DNA of 63,807 nt, counting the filler, from Chiloscyllium plagiosum (Eukaryota): assembly GCF_004010195.1 (NCBI RefSeq). It is 9 parts of one record of this genome, joined end to end, with 100 filler letters (N's around TTAATTAATTAA, not from the genome) between each part and the next. Parts side by side here need not be neighbours in the genome. Positions count along the whole stretch, not along the records: positions 3,082 to 14,993 come from NC_057710.1; positions 15,094 to 28,460 come from NC_057710.1; 7 more parts are not named here. The stretch is one strand, 5' to 3'. The notes beneath the pieces are model-generated. The model saw only the letters and a list, made by a program, of their open reading frames with translations, searched no databases and was not told the origin of the DNA. Each line of letters opens with the position of its first letter. The stretch's first letter is position 1. Positions 13,115 through 26,575 of the stretch are shown piece by piece. The translations under genes were made by a program, and so were the position numbers.

Positions 13115-16100
13115 TCCCTCCCCTATAAATCCGGGGACTTGGGCCTGTTCTTTCTCTTGTAGCCTCTCCTGGGATATTTTCCCACCTGGACCAGTTCCTC
13201 TGATGCAGCCTCAGATATAGGGGGTGAGTATTGGATCATAGCCAGCCTCTTGCACCCAGAGTGTCTAGGAAGAAATTCTTCATCTTCTTCAGGTGCTAAA
13301 GGCATCACGGCTGTGACATCCAACGTGTCCACCTCAGAATCCAAGGATTCTTTGACGTTGGACAGAGGGGGAGGATCCATGATTCCGACAGCCTTCCTGC
13401 CTGTTCTGAGGGGCTTCTGCTCTGTTTGTGAGTTTGCAGCTTTCATGTGGTCTGTGTGCTAGTGCACAGCTACCTCTCCTACTTGAATTTTGCACGCCAC
13501 AGGGACCTGAACTTGTGTCAACCACGCCTCTTACTTATGCTACTTCTGTGGTTTTGGCACCAAACTTTATCGTCTGAAGTAAAGGAGGAGTTTTGTGTCT
13601 GGCATTGGCACCGTCTCCCAGGAAATCCAGGAAGATCCGTTTTAGCCTGGTACAGAGTCTTCTTCCTATGAACAACTCTGCTGGAACTATCCCAGTAGCT
13701 GTCTGAGGAGTGGTTAGATAATCAAACAGGAATCAGATCAGTTTGCCATTGAGTGAAGCTGTAGGTGGTATCTTTAAGCCTGCCTTCAGACTTTGGGCTG
13801 CTCTTCCCACCAGACCAATGCACGATAGATGGTATGGTATTGTTCTTAGGAGAAAGTGAGCATTGCAGGTGCTAGAGATCGGAATTGAAGACTGCAGTGC
13901 TGGAAAGGCACAGCAGGTCAGGCAGCATCAGAGGAGCAGGAGAGTCACCTTTTCAGGCATAAGCTCTTCATCAGGGATGGTGAAGTTGACTCTTCTGCTC
14001 TCCGAATGCTGCCTGACAGTTTGTGCTGTTCTTATATGCTGAATGCCATTCGACTTTAGGAAATACTCAAATTCCCAGCTGGTAAACAATGGCCCGTTGT
14101 CTGTGATGAACACTTCTGGGAGCCCGTGTATTCCAAAAGATACTCAATAAAGTTTTCTATCAATGTCCCCGTGTTTGACGAATGAACTCCATTTATGTCT
14201 AACCACTTTGAGTGCGTGTCCACAATAACTAAGAATGTTGAGCCCATGAAAGGGCCAGCATTGTCGAAATATAACTGGGTGCAGGGTTTGTCTGGCCATT
14301 CCCACAAATGTGGGCGAGCTGCTGGTGGTAATCTTTGTTGGTGCTCTGGGCACTGTCCCATCAATTGGATGTTTGCATCTAATCCTGGCCACCAGGCAGA
14401 ACATGTCCCCAGCATCTTCATCTCCGAAACCCCGGACTACTCTGGTGGCATGTGACCTTTGCTCAGGGTCATCATCCTTACTCCCCATAATAAAATGCCC
14501 CCACCTTTGAGAATCTGGTCTCACCAGGAACATAAAGGTTTCAGTTCTGGTTGTGATGGTTCAGTTGTGCCAGGACCAGACTTCTTTGCATCCAAAGTCT
14601 GATTATCAGCAGTGACCAGTGTGTATCTAAAAAGTTAAAATCCAGAGTGGAGTTTTCCAGGGGAGGTACCACTGGTGGTGGACCTATCAGCAGGAGGCTG
14701 CTCAAGGCAACCGCATTTGCTACTGGGCCTCCCAGATGGTGTTCCAACTTATAATTGTATGCACATAGAATGAGAGCCCTGAAACTATGAGTGGCATGAC
14801 CTTGTCTTTTTTTGAGTAGTCCTAGCAGGGGCTTGTGTTATGTTGGTAAAAACAATGACTGCAGATGCTGGAAACCAGATTCTGGATCAGTGGTGCTGGA
14901 AGAGCACAGCAGTTCAGGCAGCATCCGAGGAGCTTCACAATCTACGTTTCGGGCAAAAGCTCTTCATCAGGAATAAAGGCAGAGAGCCTGAAGNNNNNNN
15001 NNNNNNNNNNNNNNNNNNNNNNNNNNNNNNNNNNNNNTTAATTAATTAANNNNNNNNNNNNNNNNNNNNNNNNNNNNNNNNNNNNNNNNNNNNTCACCCA
15101 TTGTACTCTATGCTACTTTCTCCCCACCCCCACCCTCCTCTAGCTTATCTCTCCATGCTTGTGTTATGTTGCCATTACAAATGTACATCTGTAAAGGTAT
15201 TGGTGGATCTTACTTCCTCCTAAGATGGCTGCCAAACCTTCCTTCTCTATCTGGGTGTATTGTTGCTTGGCATCAGCCAAAGTCCAAGAAGCATACGCTG
15301 TCAGGCGTTCCTCTCCACTGGGCCATGGGTGAGCCAACACCACCCCAATATTGTCTGGGGAGGCATCACATGTTGACACTACAACGTCTTAGGATCATGG
15401 TGTGCCAACACCTTAGACAACAATAACCACTTCTTCATTTCCCTAAAGCCGACATCTTGGCTCTGAGACCATTTCCAAGGCTGACCCTTTTTCAATTTGA
15501 AATGTAGGGATGCCAGGATGGAGGCCAGGGTGTGCATGAATTGTCGGTAATTATCCATCAATCTCAGGAAAAGCCTAAGCTCTGGTACAGATGTGGGAGG
15601 AGGGGCACCTTTGATTGCCCTCCCTTTACCTTCCAACAACCCGGTCTTGTTTATTCTGTTGCCCAGGTCGGTCACTTGGGATGCCTGGAACACACACGGT
15701 TCCTTTTTCAGGACATCTATCTACTTTGGAGAAATGTCTAAGCACTCTGTCCAAGTTCTCAAAGTGCTCTTTATTGGTCTTCCCATCGATTAACACGTCA
15801 TCCAGATAAGTGTCAACCTTGGGTAGACCTTGTAAAAAATTCTCCATCGTCCTCGGAAAAACTGTACAGGGACTGACGATACCCCAAATGGCAATCTTGT
15901 ATTTTGGGCACAGACTCTAATGGGAATGAATTGGAGTTTACTTCTGGGAATCCTCATCTAACTGCAATTGCATGTCCCACACGGCTGTGTGGAGCTCATG
16001 AAGGACAGCCCCTGCCCCCACAGCCCCGCGCCATCTTTGCTGATAAATCCCCAATGCAAAGGAATAGGTATTTATCCAGCTTCAAGCAGCTGCCTACTAT

Positions 16101-17140
16101 TTGTTTAAAATCCCCACAAAGTGAGCAGTCAAACTTCACAATCAGGACGATTGATGGTGCCCAATCAGCAAACTGTTCTGCTTTAATGGTTCCTTCACGG
16201 TCTAGCCTCCTGATTTCAGCCTCGACATAAGGCAAATGGCACTGGGTGGGCCTTGTGGAATCGTGCAATTACTTCCTGATCAACACACACGGTGGCCTGG
16301 TCTCCTCTGATAGGCCCTTGACCTTCCTGAAAACCCTCCGGGTATTTAATTAAGACTTTACTCAGGCAGCTATTTGCAAATTGAAAAATGTTGAGCCCAT
16401 CAAGGTGATTGCTTCTCAACCAATTTTGTCTCATCAGGATTGGGTCCAAGCCTTTTACAACAAGATTAGATTCCATACAGTGTGGAAATAGGCCCTTTGG
16501 CCCAACATGTCCATACTGACTCTCCAAAGAGTAATCCACCCAGACCCATTCCCCTCTGACTAATGCACCTTACACTATGGCCAATTTAGAATGGCCAATT
16601 TACCTGGCCTGCGGGTGGAAACCTATGCAGACACGGGGAGAATGTGCAAACTCTACACAGACAGTCGCTCAAGGCTGGCAATCAAACCTGGGTCCCTGGC
16701 ATTGTGAGGCAGCAGTGCTAACCACTGAGCCACCGTGCCGCCCTAACTTTTCATATGAGACCAACCGAAGTTGTACCCTTCATCTGTAAAGGTTCCCCTA
16801 TGTACATTCACAGTCTAGCCAAGGTTTTACATCAACTTAAGTGTTGGAGTCCAGAGTGAATTTTGTTAAAGACTGTTGTAATGGCTGCACTGGTATCGAC
16901 ACTTAGTAGAACCAGGTGACCATTTAACCAGATGTTTATTTTGATTGGTTCTGATTTGGATATTGCTAAGCAATGTAAGTGTTCCCATCCACCTGTTGGT
17001 GGACTTTGCAGAGTGTGCACTCTCCTGAATACTCCATTTAGGTCTAGTCCACACACTGGCAGGAACTAAAATGGCTTCGGCCTGGATCTTAACTGTTTGG
17101 CTGAGACTTGGCTTGGTTTTGCTATGGGCTGACCGAGAGT
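13115..17140 (-). mobile_element. Decayed Ty3/Gypsy LTR retrotransposon internal region (PR-RT-RH-IN order), with SINE and Penelope insertions
   Basis: Protease VDTSAA (~16890); RT WAPSIV..K..CGDFK and YLDDVLI (~15800); RH CDAS...IEKEGLA; IN WWPGLD, GPFMG..FLVIVD.HSKW, TDNGP.FTS.EF; PPT-like AGGGGAGGGA then TGT at ~13112-13125. Confidence 0.85.
16467..16745 (-). mobile_element. HE1-type SINE inside the Gypsy element
   Basis: Reverse complement of the GGCGGCACGGTGGCTCAGTGGTTAGCACTGCTGCCTCAC head and TCTAATC tail. Confidence 0.8.
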
Positions 17141-18128
17141 CTCTCTGGGTTAGTGGTGCTGGAAGAGCACAGCAGTTCAGGCTGCATCCGAGGAGCAGTA
17201 AAATTGACGTTTCGGGCAAAAGCCCTTAATCAGGAATAAAGGCACAGAGCCTGAAGGTTGGAGAGATAAGTGAGAGGAGGGTGGGGGTGAGGAGAAAGTA
17301 GCATAGAGTACAATAGGTNNNNNNNNNNNNNNNNNNNNNNNNNNNNNNNNNNNNNNNNNNNNNNNNNNNNNNNNNNNNNNNNNNNNNNNNNNNNNNNNNN
17401 NNNNNNNNNNNNNNNNNNNNNNNNNNNNNNNNNNNNNNNNNNNNNNNNNNNNNNNNNNNNNNNNNNNNNNNNNNNNNNNNNNNNNNNNNNNNNNNNNNNN
17501 NNNNNNNNNNNNNNNNNNNNNNNNNNNNNNNNNNNNNNNNNNNNNNNNNNNNNNNNNNNNNNNNNNNNNNNNNNNNNNNNNNNNNNNNNNNNNNNNNNNN
17601 NNNNNNNNNNNNNNNNNNNNNNNNNNNNNNNNNNNNNNNNNNNNNNNNNNNNNNNNNNNNNNNNNNNNNNNNNNNNNNNNNNNNNNNNNNNNNNNNNNNN
17701 NNNNNNNNNNNNNNNNNNNNNNNNNNNNNNNNNNNNNNNNNNNNNNNNNNNNNNNNNNNNNNNNNNNNNNNNNNNNNNNNNNNNNNNNNNNNNNNNNNNN
17801 NNNNNNNNNNNNNNNNNNNNNNNNNNNNNNNNNNNNNNNNNNNNNNNNNNNNNNNNNNNNNNNNNNNNNNNNNNNNNNNNNNNNNNNNNNNNNNNNNNNN
17901 NNNNNNNNNNNNNNNNNNNNNNNNNNNNNNNNNNNNNNNNNNNNNNNNNNNNNNNNNNNNNNNNNNNNNNNNNNNNNNNNNNNNNNNNNNNNNNNNNNNN
18001 NNNNNNNNNNNNNNNNNNNNNNNNNNNNNNNNNNNNNNNNNNNNNNNNNNNNNNNNNNNNNNNNNNNNNNNNNNNNNNNNNNNNNNNNNNNNNNNNNNNN
18101 NNNNNNNNNNNNNNNNNNNNNNNNNNNN

Positions 18129-19951
18129 TCAATTTCCACTACCAGGAAGATAGGAAAACACCCGGGTGGCCAGTGGCAAACACTGCCCTTCACATCAAAG
18201 GGAAGTGCTGTGTGATCAAAACAGTGAGGGGGAGGGTAGGGACTAAATCAAAATAGAGTTGGAGGGAGAAATGATGCACTCCACTCCCTGCGGCGCCCAC
18301 CTCTCCCTGAACAACTCCAGGGTGTTGGTGGAGACCGCGTGCTCCTTCTCCAAGGACACCCGGGCTCTAACATAACCGCGGAAGAGAGGCAGGCAAATCT
18401 CCTGTTTATTTTTATTTTTTATTTTTTTTTAAACCCGGGTGGCCAGTGACAAACACTGCCCTTCACATCAAAGGGACAGTGCTGTGTGATCAAAACAGTG
18501 AAGGGGAGGGTAGGGACTAAATCAAAATAGAATTGGAGGGGAAAGTAATGCACTCCACACAGTCCTGTTTGTTTTTTTTCCCTGTTTTTTTTCTTTTTAA
18601 CCCCCACACTACCACCTAAATGCGGTAGTGCTTATTTTTTCCCCAGCACCCATGGTGTGTGTGTGCAGGTGTGAGACACAGTGAAAGACACAAAGTGCAC
18701 GAATCTTTATTCAATTTCCACCACCAGGAAGATAGGAAAACACCCGGGTGGCCAGTGACAAACACTGCCCTTCACATCAAAGGGCAGTGCTGTGTGATCA
18801 AAAACAGTGAAGGGGAGGGCAGGGACTAAATCAAAATAGAGTTTGAGGGAGATATGATGCACTCCACTCCCTGCGGCGCCCACCTCTCCCTGAACAACTC
18901 CAGGGTGTTGGTCGACACCGCGTGCTCCTTCTCCAAGGACACCCGGGCTCTAACGTAACCGCGGAAGAGGGGCAGGCAAATCTCCTGTTTATTTATTTTT
19001 TATTTTTTTTCTTTTTCTTTTTTTCTTTTTTTTTTTTTCAGCACCCATGGTGTGTGTGTGCAGGTGTGAGACACAGTGAAAGACACAAAGTGCACCAATC
19101 TTTATTCAATTTCCACCACCAGGAAGATAGGAAAACACCCGGGTGGCCAGTGACAAGCACTGCCCTTCACATCAAGGGACAGTGCTGTGTGATCAAAACA
19201 GTGAAGGGGAGGGTAGGGACTAAATCAAAATAGAGTTGGAGGGAGAAATGATGCACTCCACGCCCTGCAACACTCCTGTTTTTCTTTCCCCAGGGTATTG
19301 GTCGACACCGCGTGTTCCTTCTCCAAGGACACCCGGAACACTCCCCTTTATATTCTTTTTTTTTCAGTGACAAACACTGCCCTTAACACTTCTTTTTTTT
19401 TCCTTTTAACCCCCACAATACCACCTAAGTGCGGTAGTGCTTATTATATATTTTTTTCCCCAGCACCCATGGTGTGTGTGTGCAGGGGTGAGACACAGTG
19501 AAAGACACAAAGTGACATTCCTGTTTAAATATTTTTTTTTCCAAATTCCACCACCAGGAAGATAGGAAAACACCCAGGTGGCCAGTGACAAACACTGCCC
19601 TTCACATCAAAGGGCAATGCTGTGTGATCAAAACAGTGAGGGGGAGGGTAGGGACTAAATCAAAATAGAATTGGAGGGAGAAATGATGCACTCCACTCCC
19701 TGCGGCGCCCACCTCTCCCTGAACAACTCCAGGGTGTAATCTCCTGGTTATATATATATATTTTTTTTTTTGGCCTGTTTTACTTTTTTTTTACCTAAGT
19801 GCGGTAGTGCTTATTTTATACCCAGCACCCATGGTGTGTGTGTGCAGGTGGGAGACACAGTGAAAGACACAAAGTGCACAAATCTTTATTCAAATTCCAC
19901 CACCAGGAAGATAGGAAAACACCCGGGAGGCCAGTGACAAACACTGCCCTT
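18129..19951 (-). repeat. Tandem array (about 6 units) of Tx1/L1-clade LINE 3' ends
   Basis: Repeated CCACCAGGAAGATAGGAAAACACCC...TCAAAACAGTGA..GGGGAGGGTAGGGACTAAATC units separated by T-rich tracts; minus strand encodes ARVSLEKEHAVSTNTLELFRERWAPQGVEC, like the copy at 38470-38760. Confidence 0.8.
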
Positions 19952-20229
19952 NNNNNNNNNNNNNNNNNNNNNNNNNNNNNNNNNNNNNNNNNNNNNNNNN
20001 NNNNNNNNNNNNNNNNNNNNNNNNNNNNNNNNNNNNNNNNNNNNNNNNNNNNNNNNNNNNNNNNNNNGAGAACTGAGTTACACCTGAAATACATTGTGTG
20101 CATCAGGAGGAGTTTAAAAATCAGTCCTCACTAAAAGGAATGCCAGTTAACAAACTGGCTAAATAATTCAGCCAGTTCAGGAATCAGGTTTCCCCTTCCA
20201 GAAAAGAAGGGAAGCAGAAACTAACAGTA

Positions 20230-20393
20230 ACATACTGACTATAACTCCAGCCAGCCCAGAGTCAGTTCCTAAACTGAGAAGACTCTGAGTCTCCTGTTTA
20301 TATCAGTCAGCCAGGACTCCCTGATTGGACTAGCTTAACAGCCTCAATCAGGAAACTTAGTCTCTGTGGCCAACCTGGCTGACCTCCGGAACA
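20230..20393 (-). mobile_element. Possible LTR remnant of the Gypsy element
   Basis: TATA-like TTTATAT and CCAAT/ATTGG motifs upstream (in element orientation) of the Gypsy body; no partner LTR found. Confidence 0.3.
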
Positions 20394-20812
20394 TCTTGGC
20401 AGTTCCTTCTGAAGATAAAAATGTGGTCGGCTGGTCATGTGAGCTGGGCCGAGCTTGCCTGAGGACTCTGGTTGGGAAGTGAGGAGTTGGAAGCTGAGTG
20501 TCATTCAGCACCTGTGATGGTTCCTCTAGTCAAATAGCTTGACGTAAACGGACAGAGCTGAGCAGGTCCTGGGAGTGATTGAAGGATCCATTATTGTACT
20601 TTGACAGCACTTCGGTTGGGTCTCTTGTTAACCTGCTTTTGGTAAAGCACTGAGGTCCAAAATGATGTACAAATTCAGTCTAGTCCCTTCCTTACATTGC
20701 TGTACTGGCGCTCTCTTTTGATATCTCACTGACAGTGTCAGACAGTGTGTATCTTTGATGGACAGAGGAGTGTGTAGTGCCTCTGCCATTCAGTCTGTCT
20801 GTTTTTTCCTAG

Positions 20813-20891
20813 ACTCCTCTTTCCTGCACGATTCCAGGTATCGCACTATGATTCCAATGGGACTCTGGTAACAGAGACAGACACTGAAATG
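20813..20891 (+). CDS. Host exon: ADAM-family prodomain, (R)LLFPARFQVSHYDSNGTLVTETDTEM
   Basis: gttttttcctag acceptor, ATG|gtgagt donor, 79 nt, phase 2 to 0; F...HY..DG/NG motif follows LE.N in ADAM prodomains. Not in the ORF track. Confidence 0.8.
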
Positions 20892-20919
20892 GTGAGTTAT
20901 CTCTTCAGGCAGAGGCTGA

Positions 20920-22010
20920 ATTCAGGGATTTTCAGAGGCACCTTCCAAAACAGTGCTGCTGACATGGCTTGCTTCTTCCATAACTATGGCATCCCCCTCT
21001 CCACCACATTGGTTGACAGGTCCCTCAACCATATCTGACCTACCCGTGCTTCAGCCCTTGCCCCTTCTCATCACTCATAACAGCATGATTAAGTCCCTCA
21101 CGTCCTCACTTTTCACTGCACCAGCCTCCACATTCTCCGCCATTTCAGACAACTCCAGAGCTGCCACCAAACACATCTTCCCCTCACTCCTACAGTCTGT
21201 GTTTTTCAGGGATCGTTCCCTCTGAGACATTCTGGTCCATTCATTGACCACCAACACCATCCCCACTTCCCATGTAACCACAGAAGGTGTAACAGCTGCC
21301 CCTTCACCTCCTCCCTGCTCACCATCCCTGGGCCGAAGCAGTCATTCCAGGTGAAGCAGCATTCCACCTGTACCTCCTCCAACCTTGTCTGTTGTATTCA
21401 CTGCAGCCATTGGAGAAACCAAACGCAGACTGGGTGACCATTTGTGCTACTTTTCTGGTCTGTGTACAAGCAGGACCCTGATCTTCCCGTAGCCAGTAAT
21501 TTTAACACAGTGTCCTGCTCGCTTGCCCACTTGTCTGTCCTCAGCATGCTGCAGTGCTCCAATGCAAACTGAAGGAGCGACATCTCATCTTCAGACTATG
21601 TTACATCCTCTGGATTTCATTATGTGTTTAACACCTTCAAATTGTGATTCAACTCCTATTTCTTCCCTTTCCATTAGCTTTACTTGTTACAGTCTCTGTC
21701 ACCATGTTCTTCCTCCCTTCCCACACCCCAGTGACTGTCTGTTCTTGCAATTCTGGCAGTTAGACACACCATTGTTCTTCCATGCTCACATCCCAATCAC
21801 TTAATCTGTACTTTCAACATCTTTTCTTCCCCAGCACCCTCCCATCCATACCCTCAACTGGAGCATACTTCACTTCGGCTCTGAATAAAAGCCATCTACA
21901 CTCAAAATGTTATTTTGCTCTCTCTCCATGGATGCTGCCTGACCCGTTGTGATCTCCAGCATTTGTTGTTTTCAGTACAGATTCCAGCATCTGCAGTAAT
22001 TTGCTCCTAC
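20920..22010 (+). mobile_element. Decayed Penelope-like element (GIY-YIG endonuclease region and terminus)
   Basis: TCTSSNLVCCIHC..IGETKRRLGDHF-like segment at ~21365-21445; terminal GGATGCTGCCTGACC...CCAGCATCTGCAGT. Confidence 0.65.
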
Positions 22011-22199
22011 ATGCATCACAAGCTTCTCTCCATGGGATACTGTCTCACAGCCAATGAGATTCCAACTCCACACTTTGTGGTCAGAGTCTTTGCTTCAGCT
22101 GCTGGTATGGTCCATTTAACACACAGCTGAATTGTGGGCAGTGTGATCTCTTGTGATAATGTCAGTCTCAGGAGATATAATGCTGAGATGTTTTATATT

Positions 22200-22750
22200 T
22201 CTTTTTATTTATTCATTTGTGGAAAGTGGGTGTCATTGACTGGGCCCAGCATTTAATGCCCATCCCTATTTGCCCCTGAGAAGGTTGGGGGTGAGCTGCC
22301 CTCTTGAATTGCTGCAGTCCATGTGCTGTGGGTTGACCCACAATGCCCTTGGGGAGGGAATTCCATAATTCTGACTCAGTGACAGTAAAGGAACAGCGAT
22401 ATATTTACAAATCAGAACGGTGAGTGGCTTGATGGAGATCTCTCTGCCACCCTTATCCTTCCAGGTGGAAATGGTTGTGGGTTTGGAAGGCGTTGTCTGA
22501 GGATCCTTGGTGGATTCCTGCAGTGCTTCTTGTAGACAGTACACACTGCGGCTACTGAGCATTGGTGGTGGAGGGAGTGGATGTTTGGGATGTGCTGCCA
22601 ATTAAGCGGGGGCTGCTTTGACCTGGTTGGTGTCAAGCTTCTTGTGTGTGGTTGGAGCTAAAACTATCCAGGGCAAGTGGGGAGTATTCCATCACATTCC
22701 TGACTTGTGCCTTGTCGATGGTAGACAGGCTTGGGAAGTCAGGAGGCCAT
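22200..22750 (-). mobile_element. LINE 3' part (same family as 6358-7115)
   Basis: STIDKAQVRNVMEYSPLA; IHSLHH..SVAAVCTVYK. Confidence 0.75.
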
Positions 22751-23267
22751 GGAGTCCTACAGCACGGNNNNNNNNNNNNNNNNNNNNNNNNNNNNNNNNN
22801 NNNNNNNNNNNNNNNNNNNNNNNNNNNNNNNNNNNNNNNNNNNNNNNNNNNNNNNNNNNNNNNNNNNNNNNNNNNNNNNNNNNNNNNNNNNNNNNNNNNN
22901 NNNNNNNNNNNNNNNNNNNNNNNNNNNNNNNNNNNNNNNNNNNNNNNNNNNNNNNNNNNNNNNNNNNNNNNNNNNNNNNNNNNNNNNNNNNNNNNNNNNN
23001 NNNNNNNNNNNNNNNNNNNNNNNNNNNNNNNNNNNNNNNNNNNNNNNNNNNNNNNNNNNNNNNNNNNNNNNNNNNNNNNNNNNNNNNNNNNNNNNNNNNN
23101 NNNNNNNNNNNNNNNNNNNNNNNNNNNNNNNNNNNNNNNNNNNNNNNNNNNNNNNNNNNNNNNNNNNNNNNNNNNNNNNNNNNNNNNNNNNNNNNNNNNN
23201 NNNNNNNNNNNNNNNNNNNNNNNNNNNNNNNNNNNNNNNNNNNNNNNNNNNNNNNNNNNNNNNNNNN

Positions 23268-23421
23268 TCAGTACCTGGACTTGGATTGTGCCAATGGCTG
23301 CGCTATTTGTGTTTCTGATGGCCCTGATTAGCTTCCTGTTGTGGTTCCTGATGAAGAAGAAATTGATATGCACCAAAGCAAGGAGACCAACTTCTACAAT
23401 AGAAACATCATCTGCTCTAAG
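23268..23421 (+). CDS. Host exon: transmembrane helix and juxtamembrane tail (TM1); 5' end probably in the gap
   Basis: TWTWIVPMAALFVFLMALISFLLWFLMKKKLICTK...SSALR: ~22 hydrophobic residues then a KKK stop-transfer; AG|gtaagg donor, phase 2. Confidence 0.7.
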
Positions 23422-23924
23422 GTAAGGATCTCTGTAATTCCACCCAGACAGTTGCCCGAAGCTGGAATCGAACCGAGGTGCCTGGCACTGTGGGGCAGCA
23501 ATGCTAACCACTGAGCCACTGTACTGCCCCCAAACTGTCACCTTCAATGTAAAGCAGAGATATAAAGCAGCTTCAGGAGGATTTGGATAGACTCAGTGAA
23601 TGGGCCAGAACACAGCAGATGGAATATAATATAGAAACATGTGAGGTTATCCACTTTGGTCAGAGAAACAGAGGTGCAGAGTATTTCTGAAATGGTGAGA
23701 GGCTGGAAAATGTCAATGTACAAAGGGACCTGGGTGTTCTTGTTGATATGGCACTAAAGGCTAACTTCCAACAGGTTATTAGGAAGATGAACAGAGCATT
23801 AGTCTTGAGTATGAGAGAATGAGAGTATGGAACAGTAAAGTCTTCCTTCAATTGTACAGAAGCTTCACCTGGAGTACTGTATGCAGTTTTCATCTCCATA
23901 TCTCAGGCAAGATATTATTGTTCC

Positions 23925-24480
23925 AGAAATAGATACCAAAGACACCTACGTCAGATTCCTGCTCATTGACTCCAGTTCCATCTTCAGCACCATCATCCCC
24001 TCCAGACTGATCTCAAAACTCCGAGACCTTGGAGTCTGCTCCGCCCCCCCTGCAGCTGGATTCTCAGCTTCCTGACCCACAGACCGCAGGCAGTGAGGAT
24101 AGACAACAGCACCTCCTCCACGAGGACCCTCAACACTGGAGCCCCCCAAGGATGTGTTCCCAGCCCCCTCCTGTACTCCTTGTACACCCACAGCTGTGTG
24201 GCCAAACTCTGAACAAACCCTATCTACATGATCGCTGATGACTGCACTGTGGGAGGATGGACATCTAACAACAACGAGTCAGAATAGAAAAGGGAGATAG
24301 AGGGCTTGGTGATGTGGTGTAATGAGAACAACCTCTCTCTCAATGTCAGCAAAATGAAAGAACTAAAGAAGTCAATCAGAGTGTTCAGAAAGCTAATCAC
24401 TGAGTTCAGAAAGCTCCCATCTAAAGCAATGGAGCAGAGGTTGAGAGGGTGGAGAGCCTCACATTCCTCAGAGTGGCGAC
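23925..24480 (+). mobile_element. Rex1/Babar LINE RT fragment
   Basis: [61 protein letters not shown]. Confidence 0.75.
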
Positions 24481-25209
24481 AACATATACCCTGTCCTGGA
24501 CTTGAGATGTCAATTGTTTTTTTGCTTATTCACTCACACAATGAGGGTGTGGCTGGTTCAGCAGCTTCTTGGCCAGAGAGCAGTTAAGAGTCAACCACAT
24601 TGCTGCAGGTGTGGAATCACATGAAGGTCAGACCAGGTCAGGATGGCAGATTCCTTCCCTAAAGACATTAATGAACCAGGTGGAGTTTTCCTGGACAATG
24701 GGTTCATGGTCATCATTAGGTTTACAAAGTTAAAAATCACACAACACGAGTCGTGAGTTCATGGAATGCCCTGCCAGTAGCAGTGGTGGACTCTCCCTCA
24801 TTATGGGCATTTAAGCGGGCATTGGATAGGCATATGGAGGATAGTGGGCTAGTATAGGTTAGGTGGGCTTGGATTGGCGCAACATCGAGGGCCGAAGGGC
24901 CTGTACTGCGCTGTATTCTTCTATGTTCTATGTTCTATGTTATAGTCCAACAGGTTTAATTGGAAGCACACTAGTTAGTTGGACTATAACCTGGTGTTGT
25001 GTGATTTTTAACTTTGTACACCACAGTCCAACACCGGCATCTCCACATCGTCATTAGGTTTGTTTTATTCCAGGTATGTATTGAATTTAAATATCACCAT
25101 CTGCCTGGGTGGGATTTGAACCCAGGTCCCCAGAACATGACCACAGTTTTTGGTTAATAGCCGAGCAATAATACTACTAGAGCAATAATACTACTAGGCC
25201 AGTGCCTTC

Positions 25210-26060
25210 CCCACGTAGATGCGATGGTCAAGAAGATACAACAACTCCTCTTCTTCCTCAGGCAGCTCAGGATATTCAGCATGTCCATATGGACCCTCAC
25301 CAACTTCTACAGATACACCATTGAGAGTAGACTGTCCGGGTGTATAACGGCCTGATACGGTAACAGCTCTGCCCAGGACCGTAAGAAACTGCAGAAGGTT
25401 GTGTGCACAGCCCAGACCAACACGGAATCCACCCTCCCATCCATGGACTCCATTTACACAGCTCACTGCCACGGAGAGGCTGCCAACATCATCCAAGCCC
25501 CCTCCCACCCCGATAATGATCTCCTCCAACCTCTTCCATCAGGCAGCCTGAACACACGCACCAACAGGTTCATAAACAGCTTCTTCCTGGTCATTAATGG
25601 ACTCTGAGAAAGTGAGGACTGCAGATACTGGAGACCAGAGTTGAAAAATGTGTTGCTGGAAAAGCACAGCAGGTCAGGCAGCATCCGAGGAGCAGGAGAA
25701 TCGACGTTTCGGGCATAAGCCCTTCTTCAGGGCTGGTCTAGGCTGTGCACACAACCTTCTGCAGTTTCTTACGGTCCTGGGCAGAGCTGTTACCGTATCA
25801 GGCCGTTATACACCTGGACAGTCTGCTCTCAATGATGTATCTGTAGACGTTGGTGAAGGTCCTTATGGAGAGTCCATTAATGGACTCTCCAACCATAACT
25901 AATGCTGATCTTGCTAATGTTGCTCTTGTCTAGTGCATACCCCGTGCAGTGTAACCTGCATCCCTCTGTTGAAATCTTTTTGATCTGTACATTCTTGCTT
26001 CCTGAACTGCTTATAAACAAAGGTTTTCACTGTAAATCGGTATATGTGACAATGAATCGA
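25210..26060 (+). mobile_element. Rex1/Babar LINE 3' end with a composite insertion at 25606-25874
   Basis: LFFLRQLR.F, LTNFYRYTIES, ANIIQAPSHP...LLQPLPSG, TNRFINSFF; 14-bp duplication CATTAATGGACTCT (25592-25605, 25875-25888). Confidence 0.75.
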
Positions 26061-26518
26061 TCTGGGAGAAAGTGAGCAGTGCAGGTGCTGGAAAAGCACA
26101 GCTGAGTAGGCAGCATCCAAGGAGCAGGAGAATCAATGTTTCAGACATAAGCCCTTCATCAGGAATCTATCAATCAATTATTCAAGACCAGCCAGGGAGA
26201 AATAGGCACAAGATCAGTCTATTAAGCCCCTCAAACCTACTCCACATTCAATATGTTCATAGCTGATGAACTCTGGTCAGTTGGCAGCTACACAATCATC
26301 AGATTATAATTTGCCTTGCGAGCTATGTTGAACATTCAGTTGGGAACCAATTGAAGAATCCCCTTCTGTCCTATATGGTGGGTATCATGGACAGAGAGCT
26401 GGACAGCCAGAGATTGGAACCTGCCAGCCTGTTTCCTGTGACCCACCCTGTGGATGAAACCTGGGCTGGATCCAGATGGCAAGTTGTCATTTCCTGTCAT
26501 TATGTCCTGTGTGAACAG

Positions 26519-26575
26519 GCTTATTGCCAGAACCGTACATTGGAACATCAGGAGCAAACTGCAGCTTCCCACCAG
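26519..26575 (+). CDS. Candidate cytoplasmic-tail exon after TM1, (R)LIARTVHWNIRSKLQLPT
   Basis: aacag acceptor, CAG|gtttga donor, 57 nt, phase 2 to 2, open frame; no homology support. Confidence 0.3.
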
